A DNA stretch of 64,000 bases. It comes from Chiloscyllium plagiosum. Lineage: Eukaryota. Shown one piece after another: positions 1-13,026 of the stretch. Location of the stretch: NCBI RefSeq assembly GCF_004010195.1, contig NC_057719.1:33582767-33646766 (forward strand). The letters run 5' to 3'. The position numbers and the translations under genes were made by a program. Positions within the stretch are counted from its first letter, which is position 1. Every line of letters starts with the position of its first letter. The notes beneath the pieces are model-generated. The model was not told the DNA's origin, made no database searches, and saw only the letters and a program-made list of their open reading frames with translations.

Positions 1-1350
1 CAGTCTTGTAAGACGACTGCTGTGATAAAAATGTATAATCCTTTCCTACTGATGCTTTGATCCATCTGGAATGATTTGCTTAACAAAAGAAAAGCCATTT
101 GTGACCTTGGGAATGGATCTCACCATGGACCTTGTTATAACACAAGCATTCAAATTAACGCTGAAAATAATTGCCAGTGTATACTTGGTTAAATTCCATC
201 CAAGTGGGGAAGAACTAATAATAATGTGAATCATGTGGCCACCCACAGCCTCTCATTCTTTAAATTAATCAGTCTTTAAATTAAAGCAAAGTAAGTGGGT
301 TGACTAAATTTTTAAACATGATTTTGTTTGAGAACAATTGAATTTTTGTGGCCAACACCAATGCATTTTTTCCCTTTTTTCTTCGAGTGAGTGTTAGAAA
401 ATTAGTGAGAATCTTTGTCCAAAATGATACATATCTACAGTGCACATTGCTTCTCATGTGTGACTAATACATTTCTTATCATCAAGTTACTACCACGACA
501 TTGGCAAACAAATTGGAGTACATTGGAGACCTCTGCCGATCAATTCTCATTTGACACCTGGGCTTTGTTCACAATAATTAAAAGAATAGATTATTATACA
601 GAATACCTTCTATTTCTAATTTTTGCTCATTTACTTAATATTTACTTAATGGCAAAGCTAACCAGTGATTGTAAAACAACAGTGCAGACATAACTACAAC
701 CATATGCAGCAGGAACTGGTTTACTGACAGGGAGTTTCTTGGTCACCTAGTGTTGCAAAATGAAAGGTGATCCACCAAATCTATATCTCAAGGACCTCAA
801 TTACAAAGAATGTAATCAAACTGTTTCAGTGCCTTGAAACCATTCTCACAGTCAGGGTCATAATGTGCAGTTACAGTTACAGGAATTCACCACTTGTAAT
901 TTCAGTTCAATCCACAAGTCAACTGACAAAAACACCTCCTAAATAATTTCTCAGAAGTATATTGTCACTTACTGTTGTTCTCGGACTCCTCAGCCTGAAA
1001 GTACCTATTCACATTGTGTTCAAGCATCTGTAATCCTGATCTTCACCTTCACTGAAATAAGAGGTTTCTTATCTCAGATTAAACCATAACTAAAATACTT
1101 TCCAGTATGTTGAAACTTTGATTATATAACACTCTCACAAACTTTTAAAACATTGCAGAAAAGAGTGATCGTTGTAAACAAAAAGGTCCAATTTTAATTC
1201 CTCTTTACTGATTTTCTCTCTAGAACTCTATTGCGTTTTTAAAGTTGTTCACCCATGTGACAAACCAGTAATCAATGTGAAGGTTGCTTATAACTTGTCA
1301 TTTTGATGACACTTCACATCCACAGCTACACAACATTTTAAAAAATTCAG

Positions 1351-1439
1351 CTTGAAGAAGGGTTACATCCAAAACATCAACAGATGTTGCCTGGCTTATG
1401 TTTTCCCAGCCTCCTGCTTGTCTATTTCAAATAGACAGG
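1351..1439 (+). mobile_element. Degenerate PLE-derived short repeat with decayed hammerhead core
   Basis: cttgaagaagggttacatccaaaacatc followed by cagatgttgcctgg...ccagc resembles the other copies in this window; ends in a 9-bp hairpin TGTCTATTT-c-AAATAGACA. Confidence 0.45.
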
Positions 1440-3544
1440 CTGAATAGGGCAAAATGTAATTGAGGGAAAACATTAATTATTTATCTTCTGATAACCGTGG
1501 CCACTTGGCCAATCATACAGCGAGCTCTGATAATGTGACTATCTGACTGGCTCACATACATGCAAACCATGTAGCGAAAATAACCCACCAGCCGACATGC
1601 AACCCTTGCAAAATTGAAAACTGAGAATGCACTGAAGACTATTGTGACCCAGTCCCTCTTTGGTACCATAATGTAAGGTGGTCAAACACTAAAGCAAATT
1701 GTCTTCCCTTTAACTTGGCTCAAACATATTCTGTCCTCCCAAGCTAAGATCAGTGTCACTTGTCTTCAGGAAGGTGCAAGGTAAAGCCTCAACATGAACA
1801 GTAGTAAGTGTTTAATCATCCAATTTTAATGGTCAAATGGACCCGGTCCAAAACAGACTTCATTCAGTGATTATATGCGACACAAATATCCAAAATACAG
1901 CATAACGTTCTACATATGACAGACCAGAAAGACAGCTCTAGGCTTCAGGAATTCACTAATTATAATTTATAATCTAACTGACCGTGTGGTATATTCTTTT
2001 GAGAACTTGGTTTTCCTAGGTGTCACAGTTAATTGATAGGCTTGAAACATAAGACCAAATATCTTCCCATTGGTCATTTAAATTTGTACACTTGTGGTTG
2101 CCACATGTAAACAAAGCATATTCACCATGTTACAGGAATCACTTAAAACAAAGCTGACAAATAGCCTCATATTCCTTGAATACACACAGATTCCAATGTT
2201 TAGACCTTCTTGGAAATCTAAATGTATTCTTTTCTTCACACAGAGAGAAAACCACAGAGCGCAACATATCTGGATGAGCCTAAAACCAGAGGACATCTAT
2301 AAATTATTAATAAATACAATAAGAGATTTAGGAGCAACTTACTCAGAGTTTGGAATGTGGAATATGGCGGCACATTAATTAGTTGAGGAAAGAAGCATAG
2401 ATGTATTCAAGGAAAAGCTAGATAAGCAAATGTGACAGATAGGAATAGACAGATTTGCTAGTAGGAATTGATGCAGAGGTAAGAGAAAGCTTATATAGAG
2501 TACAACACCAATTGAATGACTTGACCTGTTTCTGCACAGCTACTATTCTTTCTTGGAAGAAAAGGCACAAACCCAAATAAAGTAACAACCATTTATGAAA
2601 ATGAACAATTGGAGTGAAAATAACACTAATGAGTAATAGAGTTCTAAAGATCAAATAATATCATCCACTGATCTAAGCTCTGTAGTCCTGTCAATCCAGT
2701 CATAAATGGTGACAGACAATTAAATAACTCAGTGGAAGAGAAGGCTCCACAAATATCATGATTCTCAATGATGGAAGAGCCTAGCACATCAGAGCAAAAG
2801 GTAAGACTAAATCATTTGCTTCAATCTACAACCAAAAGTGCTGAGTGGATGATCCATCCTAGCCTCCTTCAGTGCTCTCCAGCACCACGATTAACAATCT
2901 TCAGCAAATTCAATTGACTCCACATGATATCAAGACAACAGGTGAAGGTACTGGATACTGCAAAAGCTATGGGCCCTGAAAATATTCTGGCTTAAATATT
3001 ATTCAAAACAGTACTGAAGACTTATGTTCTAGATCTTGCTGTACCCCTAGCCAAGCTATTCCAATATATTGACAACACTGGCATCTGCCTGGCAATGTGG
3101 AAAATTGCCCAGGTGTATCCTTTGGACCAAAAAGCATAACAAACCCAACCTCACCATTTACCATTCCAACAATCTACTCTCAATCATCAGTAAAATAATG
3201 AAAAGTGTGATCAACAGTGCAATGGAGCAGCAGTTGCTCAGGAATAACCTGCTCACTAACGAATAGTTTGGGTTTCACCAGTGCCACTCAGCACCTGACC
3301 TTATTAAAACCTTGGTTCAGATGTGGACCAAAGGTCTGAATTCCAGAGGTGAGGTGAGGTGAGAGTGATAGTCAAATGTGGCCTTGATGTCATGGACTGA
3401 GTGTGGTATCAAGGAACTTTAGCAAAAGTAGAATCAATGGAAATCAGGGGCTGAATTCTCCAATGGTTAGTCATGCCTAGCGCAAAGGAAAATGGTTTTG
3501 GTTGCTAAAGGTATCTTTGCTCTAGGACATCAGGGCTTCCTCAA

Positions 3545-3665
3545 AGAAGCTTTTTTTTTCCCCTAAAATTAACCAATTTAGATATGTTAGAGGCAGGTGA
3601 GACTTGAACATGGACCCTCTGACCCAGAGTCAGGAACTTCTGACACATTGTGCCACATGCGCCTT
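3545..3665 (-). mobile_element. Short tRNA-derived SINE fragment nested in LINE
   Basis: Reverse strand has A-box-like tggcacaatg and B-box-like gttcaagtc; similar pieces near 30890-30990, 35305-35412 and 37190-37410. Confidence 0.45.
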
Positions 3666-3719
3666 GAGTTCCTCAAGATGCTGTCTTAGGCCCAACCATT
3701 ATCAGCTACTTCGATAATC

Positions 3720-3820
3720 TCTATTCCTGATGAAGGGCTTTTGCCTGAAATGTTGATTTTCATGCTCCTCTGATGCTGCCTGACCTGCTGTGCTTTTCCA
3801 GCACCACTCTAATCTGGACC
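3720..3820 (+). mobile_element. PLE-derived short insert with hammerhead-like core and 14-bp TSD
   Basis: CTGATGA-AGGGC-TTTT-GCCT-GAAA-TGTT at 3727-3754; flanked by ctacttcgataatc (3706-3719) and ctacttcaatagtc (3821-3834). Confidence 0.8.
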
Positions 3821-3907
3821 CTACTTCAATAGTCATCTTTCCTTCATCACAAGGTCAGAAATGGGAATGATTGCAGAATGTTAGTAGCATTCACGACTCT
3901 TCAGGCA

Positions 3908-4126
3908 TGTGTGGAATGAGCTGGCAGAGGATATGTTGGAGGCTGGTACAATTACAGCATTTAAAAGGCATCTGGATGGGTATATGAATAGGAAGAGTTA
4001 AGAGAGATATGGGCCAATTGCTGGCAAATGGGACTAGATTAATTTAGGATATCTGGTTGGCATGGACAAATTGGACCAAAGTGTCTATTTCAATGCTGCA
4101 CATCTCTTATAACTCTATAACTGTAT
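3908..4126 (+). mobile_element. CR1 (HER1-like) LINE 3' end, 5'-truncated, nested in older LINE
   Basis: gtgtggaatgagctg...tttaaaaggcatctggatgggtatatgaatagg...ttggaccaaagtgtctatttc, ending in (actctata)-type tail repeats. Confidence 0.85.
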
Positions 4127-4793
4127 GTCCAAGTGCAGCAAGACCTGGACAACATCCAGGCAAGTGGCATGCATTGATTGCCAGAAAATATCTATCTCCA
4201 ATGTCAATCTCCCCTTGACATTCAATGGCATTACGATCACAGAATCCCCAACTATCAATTTCCAGGTGATCAACATTAAGCGGAAACTGGACTAACTATA
4301 TAAATACAATGGCTATAATAGCAGTGAATAACTCAATTCCTGACTCCCCAAAGCCTGACCATCACATACAAGACACAAGTCAGGAGTGTGATGGAATATT
4401 TCCAACTTGTCTGGATGAGTACAACTCGAACACCCAAAAGATTTGATACCATCCAGGAGAAAGCAGTCGATTGATTGTCACTGCCTCCACAAACTTTCAC
4501 TCTCTTCACCACCACATTTGTAGTAGCAGTGTGCATTGTTTCTTCTCGATTCTTGTGTGCTTAAGAGCTGTAAATTAGAATGAGAAAGGACTATTTTTAA
4601 AAGCAGGGATTTACCAGAATTACTTTACGACAAGGAATTTGGTACCTATTGTAAACTCTGTTTTGGGGCTATCGATTCCTGGAATGTACAGATGATCAGA
4701 AAGCAAGAAGTTGTTTACAAATGAAGCTGATTGACTCTCAGCTAACTGAGCAGATTGGAACTAGAAGCAAGTTATCGAGACGCAGAGAGAGAC

Positions 4794-5188
4794 AAACCTA
4801 TACCTTTAATTCTGGACTCCCCCACCCCAGGGAAATGACCTTGACTATTTATCCTATTCATACCCCTCATGATTTTATGAACCTCTATAAGGTCACCCCT
4901 CAGCCTCTGATGCAACAGGAGAAAATGCCCCACCCAATTCCGTCTCTCCCTATAGCTCAAATCCTCCAAAATCTTTGCAAATCTTAATGAACCCTTTCAT
5001 GTTTCACAACAAACGTCCGATAGGAAGGAGACCAGAATTGCACACAATATTCTAAAAGTGGCCTAACCAATGTTCTGCACAGCCACATGACCTCTGAACT
5101 CCTATACTCAGTGCTCTGACCAATAAAGGAAAGCATACCAAACGCCTTCTTCACTACCCTCTCTACCTGCAACTCTACTTTCACGGAA
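4794..5188 (-). mobile_element. CR1 (HER1-like) ORF2 C-terminal fragment
   Basis: Translations RTLVRPLLEYCVQFWSPSYR and RLRGDLIEVHKIMRGM are typical of the CR1 ORF2 C-terminus. Confidence 0.9.
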
Positions 5189-6551
5189 TTTTGGAAAAAG
5201 ATCAAAACAACTTTTAGTTCTATGAGAAAAGTTGTTAGAATTTCATAAGCTAACCTATAAATGTGCCTTAGTTTAGATTTTCAAATAAATAAAAGAATAA
5301 TGAATTGAAAACTTACTTCTCCCCATCAGATTTTCTGTTGCACTGACCTTTCATTTTATAACCTTCAGTTTTCTTCCATATCTTCCTACAAGTGTGGATT
5401 CATGGATAACAGGAGTTTTCTAATGCCTGAGCTGCTCTCTGAGTGATTCTTTGGATATGACCTCAAACACTTGGAAACTGCAAACTAAGTTTGATTTCCT
5501 CTGTATTCTGGAAGTCACACATAGGACTCGAGTTGATCTTCCTCCGCAGCCAATGGACACAGGAGGTTAACTGCACTGGTATCTTTCCATGGTTTGTGAT
5601 TGATTTTGTTGGCACAGACAAGGGATTGATTGTCCTGTTTAGCATGATTCAGTTCCATAATTAGAAAGTACCTCCCAACTGAGCTTATTGGTGAACAGAG
5701 AATTGCTAATATATTATCACAATTATTCCATTTACAAGAAACTTGAAGAATGTTTATTGAAAAATGGCAAAGTTAAATGATTCATTGCCAACTGCATGGA
5801 ACCTATCTTCTTACAGTTGTTATGACTTTGTTACATAACGTGAGTGAAACCTTTCATGTCAGTCATCTTAGTGAAGTAATAGGAATTTCAGCTTGTGTAT
5901 TTGAAGCTGTCCTTTCAGTTGCCCTGACTGCCAGTATTCCAGAGAGATTCAGTTCCTCTTAAAATACAATACCCAGGTCAGATTTCACATTTCATTTAAC
6001 TGAACAATGTTGGCTGTTTTTATACCTATTATCTGCTCTTCGAATGCAAGCTTTTATCATCCTTAAACATTTCCAAATTCTTAAGAAGTAGATATACTAA
6101 AATCAATGGCAGCTGTGCACTGAGGTTCCTGCAACAAATGGATTATGCTTGCATGAGAATGTTATCTTTCTTATCAAAACACCTCATGTTCATTTGGACC
6201 AAAGTGGGCCAATTAAGTTTCAATTTCAACCAGTGCAACAGCATATCTAAAATATTGACGATAATAACGTCAGCAATGTTACTGACGAAAATCATCAATA
6301 ATAACTTGCAGAACTTACCAAGAAATCACTATCCAAAATGCAGCTTCCTTGTAATTAGTTGGATATAGAGCACATTACAATGTCCAGAAGTCATGAAAGC
6401 TGCTACCTAAATTCAAAATGTTTCCTTCACCTAGTGACATATACAACATGCATTGAAACATTCTCTGATTTTGTGACATTAGTCATTCCTGTCATAGTCT
6501 GAGAATCCTACTAGCGGTGGGGAGACTTGGGTTGACAAATATTGGGTTGAC

Positions 6552-6672
6552 AAAGTGAGAACTGCAGATGCTGGAGATCAAAGTCGGGAGTGTGGTGCTG
6601 GAAAAGCACAGCAGGTCAGACAGCATCCGAGGAGCAGGAGAATTGACGTTTTGGGCAATAGCCCTTCATCAG
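6552..6672 (-). mobile_element. PLE-derived short insert with hammerhead-like core
   Basis: Reverse strand CTGATGA-A-GGGC-TATT-GCCC-AAAA-CGTC (G12 lost, consistent with CpG decay); aaatattg at 6537-6544 and 6673-6680. Confidence 0.8.
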
Positions 6673-7155
6673 AAATATTGCTGGATAGCAACTTGAACTA
6701 GAGAGAGTAAAACAATAATGTTCATGACCTGAATCAATAACTTTGTGCCTTTCAAACAGGAACTTTTCAGTCTTGTCAAAAGTGAACTAAACAAATATTT
6801 AGTGGAATGAGGTATGATACAAGTTATTAATTAGGTTGCTTTACCACATACCAAGTCAAAACACAAAGCAACCTTAAAAATGTGACTCAATCACTAGTAG
6901 GTAGAATCCATTCCGAAGCAGATGGCATTGTTGGGTGACACCCACACATACGCACTTCCAGCTGATGATGGAACCTTAATCCATTTTTCCTACCTTGTCC
7001 CAGTCAGAACTAGTGAAACGCATTCCAGGGTTTAAGCCCTTCCTTGTATATGTGGCTCAGTTAGTGACTAAATAACCACAAAAGTAAGTGATCAAGAAAA
7101 CTCATGAAAGTAACACAACTTCACTTCACTTGATTTCCATTGATAGCTCCTGTTA

Positions 7156-7514
7156 CTATGTTGAATCTATTAAGGTAGGAGAGAAGTTTGATTTCAATGC
7201 TCTCACAGCTACATAACGTTGCTTCAATATCCCTAGGTAGTCCCACTTCCTGGAGGAGAAACTTCTATCTTTGAGCTGTTGAAGTTTTGGCAGTTCCTGC
7301 ATTAAAGCTTCCATTACAGTATGATATGAATCAGACAAAGTTGAGGGTAGAACAGAAGTATAGAGGTCACAGCCAGATCGTTGAGTGGGAGGGTTACAGT
7401 TTGAGGATTGTTTCACATTTGAGAGTTCTGAAAATATCTCCTTAGGTTGTTTGAAGTCACTTATGCCCAAATGTCGTCTGAATAATTTACTGTTTTTGGA
7501 GCTGACTATGTCTA
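7156..7514 (-). CDS. Candidate terminal coding exon (118 codons plus stop), product uncertain
   Basis: Open frame in non-repeat sequence; pyrimidine-rich tandem acceptor cctcattttacaatctcttcAAG/TAG; phase 1, matching the 52148 donor; DIVSSKNSKLFRRHLGISDFKQPK...VMEALMQELPKLQQL...IDST*. Confidence 0.45.
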
Positions 7515-9189
7515 CTTGAAGAGATTGTAAAATGAGGATTCAAACACAGCAAATCCTTATTCTGACTTGAATATTTGTTTTTTGTACATGTTTTTGTTCA
7601 ATTTCTCTAAAGGCACATTGAGTGCACTTGGGAGTTAAGGCATGACATGAATCAGTAAGTTACATTATTTCCCATCTGCTGAATATGCATAACAATAGCT
7701 ATGACCAGATTTAGATGTTTCCATCAGCAAAACTGGTCTTTTATAATAAAATAGAATAATGACCTCACACTCCCACTTTAGTTGGTTGGCAATAAACTAA
7801 TTTTCTACCTCCTGACTCTCGTATTCCATTTTCCTCTTTGCCCTTTTTCTGTTAGATTTCACTAGCTTCATAGTTCTGTCTTTTTTTTTCAGAAAGCTGG
7901 CTCCAGTGTCATCTTTTAGTCAAACATAAGCCCCTACAGAGCAAAATGAATCAGCTTAACTTTGCAATCCTCACTATAAGGATTTAATGAATAAAGTTGA
8001 TGTAACAGCAATGGTGAATGGTAAACAGAATGTCAAACTATCTTTTATCATCTCTAGTAATGAACACCAACTGAAATAAGCTTAATGCCCTATCATCTGT
8101 GAGGTTAACCCCTTAACTTTATCTCGATCATAGCATTCTTAATACATATCAAGTCAAGGTTCCAAAACACAATCGAAGACTTATAACTATGGCAGAAACA
8201 AGTGATTGAAAGAAAGAGATAGCTCCTAAAGGTCGATATTGAAGCAAACCCTACAAATCATGACTGAAGAGGATCTACGTGAATTATTAATAGCAAAACC
8301 AAAGTGACAATCAAGATTGTAGCCATTTTTATTGTCACATTTTACTTATGTAGGCTATATTGAAAAGCTCAAAATATCGAGCTTGATTGAAAAACTGTTT
8401 TAATCTTGACAAGGGACTTTTATGGACTTCAAGCAGCATAAAATCATGATGACAATGCAACATTTTTGCACTGAGGGCGAAGATGAAAATTAAAATTGAT
8501 GCTTAGAAGTTTTTAGCTAAAAAAGTGTTGGATGATTTTGGTTTTGAAGAAAAGTTCAAGAATCATGCAAGGGTTAATTCATTTCTTCAATCGCATCAAT
8601 TGTGGAAACAACTTTTTCAATTTAACCAAAAATCCATTTGCATTATTCAATTTTAAATGAATTTGCTACCTTTGAGCTGGAAGGCAACAAAACATACAGA
8701 TTTGATTTAAAATGCCCGTATATATTAACAATAAGAGCCCCTTACATTGATTTTGCTCATTGTAATTGCTGTTATTTTTGTTTGTAAAATCTACATGCAA
8801 GTGAAATTCACCATAGTCCCAGAGGACCATAGGCTGTTCTTACATCAGACAGAGCCAGCTAGTGATGAGCTTGACCCAGCTGGTATGGGAATTGAACCTG
8901 TGTTGGTGACATCATTTTTGCAAACTAGCCTTCCAGCTACTTGAACTAAATTATATATTTCAGTATTATGACAATCATGCTGGACATTTGATCGTATCAC
9001 AAAGAGACCATTGTGTGTACCAACACAATAGATTGAGAGCTGTTTTTGAAACCCATTATTTCAGGAATTAGCTCTCACCTTCTGAATATAACACAACCAC
9101 AGCACAAAGACAGTCAGAAATAGACTGGGGTCTTAAAAGAATTAGGTGCAGAGATAATGCTCTAAAATTCTCTATATTATGGAAAGCTC

Positions 9190-9430
9190 CCAGCCACTGG
9201 GAAACTGGAACACCACACTTTACAAATTCCCTTCCAAGCCGCCCACTATCCTGACTTGGAACTGTGTCACTGTTCCATCACTGTCGCTGGGTCAAACTTG
9301 TAACTCCCTCTTGAACAGCATTGTGTGTACCCACACCAGTCAAAGACCCCAGGACTTCAAGAAAGCAGTTCACCAATCAAGGATAGAAAATAAATGCAGC
9401 CTCAGCTCATGAGGATCACACCTCGAAACA
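9190..9430 (+). mobile_element. Family B LINE 3' tail
   Basis: aaattcccttccaagcc...atcctgacttggaac...gctgggtcaaa...ttcaagaaagcagttcacc; same tail at 34870-35130, 43050-43350 and 54750-55030. Confidence 0.75.
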
Positions 9431-10373
9431 TATAGACACAGGAAAAATGCATCCTTTTCAGGTTGACAAACTATAATTAGTGGAGTGCCACACACATTAG
9501 CATTGGCGTCACAACTATATCCAATCCATGTTAATGACTTGGACGAAGTGCATTATGGCCAAATTTGCTAATGCTACAAAAAATATCAGAAGGCAAGTTG
9601 TGAAATGGGCAGAAAATTTTCACAAAAGGATATAGATAGGTTAAGTGATAAAGGTTTATAGAATCATGAGGCACATAGATAGGGTAAATAGACAAGGTTT
9701 TTTTCCTGGGGTGGAGAACTCCAGAACTAGAGGGCATAGGTGATAACCTCACAGATGATAGGGCATTAAGCTTATTTCAGTTCGTGTTCGTTGCAAGAGA
9801 TGATCAAAGATAGTTTAACATTCTGTTTGCCATTCATCATTGCTGTTACATTGCTGTTGACAAGGGACATTTATTCATTAGATCTTTGCAATGTGGATTG
9901 CCAAGTTAAGCTGATTCATTTTGCTCTGTAGGGGCTTATGTTTGACTAAAATAATGACACTGCAGCCAGCTTTCTTAAAAAAAAGACAGAACTATGAAGC
10001 TAGTGAAAATCTAATAGCAAATGGGCAAAGAGGAAAATTTGGGAAATGAAGAACATTGTGAGAAAATTTGAGGTTGTACACTTTGGCAAGCACAAAATAA
10101 CTAAATGGAGAGAGACTGCAGCATTCTGCAGTACAGAAGGAATGGCTTTTCTCATACACAAATAGCAAAAATAAAGCACACAGGTAGTCAGTCAGAGGCA
10201 AATGCAATGTTTAATTTTATTGTAAAACGTTGTAATCTAGCAGGAAGGAAATATTTGCATTTGAGGCAGTTCAGAGAAGATTGATTAGGTAGATTCCAGT
10301 AATTAAGGAAAGATTATGAGAAAAGGTTGACCAGGTGAAGCCTATACTCTTTGGTGTTTAGCAAAATGACAGA

Positions 10374-11517
10374 TAGAGTCATAAAGATGTCCAGCATGGA
10401 AACAAACCCTTCAGTCCAAGTTGTTTATGCTGACTAGATATCCTAATCTAATCTAGTCCCATTTGCCAGCACTTGGCCCTCTAAATCCTTCCTATTCATG
10501 TACCCATCCAGATGTATTTTAAATGTTGTAATTGTGCCAGCCTCCACCACATCCTCTGGCAGCTCATTCCATACACGTTCCACCCTCTGCGTGAAAATAT
10601 TTCCCCTTAGGTCCCTTTTAAATTTTTCCCTCTTACCCTAATCCTATGCCCTCTAGATTAGATTACTTACAGTGTGGATACAGGCCCTTTGGCCCAACAA
10701 GTCCACACCGACCTTCCAAAGAGCAACCCACCAAGACCCATTCCCCTACATTTACCCCTTCACCTAACACTACGGGCAATTTAGCATGGCCAATTCACCT
10801 AACCTGCACATCTTTGGACCGTCGGAGGAAACTGGAGCACCTGGAAGAAACCCACGCAGTCACGGGGAGAATGTGCAAACTCCACACAGACAGTTGCCCA
10901 AGGTGGGAATTGAACCCAGGTCTCTGGTGCAGTGAGGCAGCAGTGCTAGCCACCGTGCCACTCTGGAGCTGGAGTTCCCCACCCCAGGAAAAAGACCTTG
11001 TCTATTTACCCTATCCATGTCCCTCATAATTTTATAAACCTCTATAAGGTCACCCCTCATCCTCCAACGGTCCAGGGAAAACAGCCCCAGCCTGTTCAGT
11101 CTCTCCCTGTTGCTCAAATCCTCCAATCCTGGCAACATTCTTGTAAATCTTTTCTGAACCCTTTCAAGTTTCACAACATCTTTCCTACAGGAGGGAGACC
11201 AGGACTCCACACAATATTCCAATAGTGGCTTAACAAATGTCCTGTACAGCCGCAACATGATCTCCCAACCTTTCTACTCAATGTTCTGACCAATAAAGGA
11301 AAGCATACCGAATGCCTTCTTCATTGTCCTATCTACCCGTGACTCCATTTTCAAAGAATTATGAACCTGCACTCCAAGGTCTCTTTGTTCAGCAATACTC
11401 CCCAGGACCTTACTATTAAGTGTATAAGTCCTGCTTTGATTGGCCTTTCCAAAATGCAGAACCTCACATTTATCTAAATTAAACTTCATCTGCCACTCCT
11501 CAGCCCACTGGCTCATT
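10374..11517 (-). mobile_element. CR1 (HER1-like) LINE 3' portion, interrupted by an HE1 SINE
   Basis: ORF2 C-terminus QWAEEWQMKFNLDKCEVLHFG...LYRTFVKPLLEYC...RGDLIEVYKIMR, plus 3' UTR and tail at 10374. Confidence 0.92.
10655..10961 (-). mobile_element. HE1-type tRNA-derived V-SINE, full length, nested in CR1
   Basis: Head gtggcacggtggctagcactgctgcctcac...gggttcaattccc, V-domain tgtgtggagtttgcacattctcccc, (ATCTA)n tail; possible TSD ctctag/ctctgg. Confidence 0.92.
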
Positions 11518-11616
11518 GAAGTATAGAAGATGGGTAGATGCTTAGTGAACATTTCTGTGTGGCAGTCTAGAACTTGTGGACACATTTTCATAATAATATT
11601 GTTTCCTTTGTAAGAG

Positions 11617-12264
11617 TGTGATGATACTCTGGCTTTAAGAGGTGTATTTTGTCCATTTTTTGAGAGGTTTTCTGGCAGAGGCACAGAGCTGTCTATTAAA
11701 AACCCATAAAATAACAGCTTGTGAGGCCTTGGGTTTTTTTTGATAATCAGACAATAGAAGCAGCCTGAATGATTGTGGCCAGCTCCCACAGAACCAGGAT
11801 TTATAATTTTTCTTTTTATTTTTGTCAGTCGCAGCTGTTGTTGCTGGGGTCTCAACTTGGTTTGGAAGCTGCAGTATATTGCTCCCTGCTACACTCTCTC
11901 AGAGTATTTTCTTGATAGTTTTCCTCCTGAGCTGCAAGAATTCTATGTGAAACAATCTATTTTACTGACTTTGCATTTGCCAAGGGTGTGTTAATGGGAT
12001 GTTACTATTGGAACAGTTACTGTTTAGTTGTTAAATAATCTATTATTCTGTTAAGTTTTCCAGTAGTGTTAAGTTATTCCAATTTCCTCTTTCTTTTGTT
12101 ATATTTTTAAGTATGGTGTATGAATAAAGTGTGTTTTGCTTCAGTTTGCCTAATCTAATTGCATCTGGAACAAAACTCCTGGCATCTGTCTTTAAAATAA
12201 GAAAATGTTTGGGTCAACCTATCTTGTTGATATATTTTGAGGGGGTCTGGTCTGGTCCATAACA
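11617..12264 (+). mobile_element. Solo LTR (LTR retrotransposon or ERV)
   Basis: TGTGATG...CATAACA inverted termini, exact 4-bp TSD AGAG (11613-11616 and 12265-12268), AATAAA at 12123; 648 bp; interrupts an old CR1. Confidence 0.8.
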
Positions 12265-12526
12265 AGAGTAAGATGAAGAAGAATCTCTTCTCTCAAGAGG
12301 ATAACTAATCTTTGGAATTTTGTACCCTACAGTGTAGTGAAAGTTAACATTTGCCTTGAGACATATAGCGTACAGGCAAGAAAGTGAAAATAAAGTTAGC
12401 CATGATCTTATTGAATTGCAGACCAGGTTCGAGGCTAAATGACCTATAGTCTACACTGAATTTTTATGTTCTTAAATTATCTGCCAATTTAATTTTCAGA
12501 GATGACAATTGGCGTATTCCAAGTTA

Positions 12527-13026
12527 NNNNNNNNNNNNNNNNNNNNNNNNNNNNNNNNNNNNNNNNNNNNNNNNNNNNNNNNNNNNNNNNNNNNNNNNNN
12601 NNNNNNNNNNNNNNNNNNNNNNNNNNNNNNNNNNNNNNNNNNNNNNNNNNNNNNNNNNNNNNNNNNNNNNNNNNNNNNNNNNNNNNNNNNNNNNNNNNNN
12701 NNNNNNNNNNNNNNNNNNNNNNNNNNNNNNNNNNNNNNNNNNNNNNNNNNNNNNNNNNNNNNNNNNNNNNNNNNNNNNNNNNNNNNNNNNNNNNNNNNNN
12801 NNNNNNNNNNNNNNNNNNNNNNNNNNNNNNNNNNNNNNNNNNNNNNNNNNNNNNNNNNNNNNNNNNNNNNNNNNNNNNNNNNNNNNNNNNNNNNNNNNNN
12901 NNNNNNNNNNNNNNNNNNNNNNNNNNNNNNNNNNNNNNNNNNNNNNNNNNNNNNNNNNNNNNNNNNNNNNNNNNNNNNNNNNNNNNNNNNNNNNNNNNNN
13001 NNNNNNNNNNNNNNNNNNNNNNNNNN
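12527..13026. other. Assembly gap (500 N)
   Basis: Run of exactly 500 N. Confidence 1.

Larger units (their letters stand above)
2660..4535 (+). mobile_element. Decayed CR1/L2-group LINE (family B) RT region carrying three nested insertions
   Basis: Broken RT reading frame (DTAKAMGP...PLAKLFQ...WKIAQV...LLSIISKIMKSVIN...NNLLTNE); same family at 16030-18080 and 29930-30780. Confidence 0.8.
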
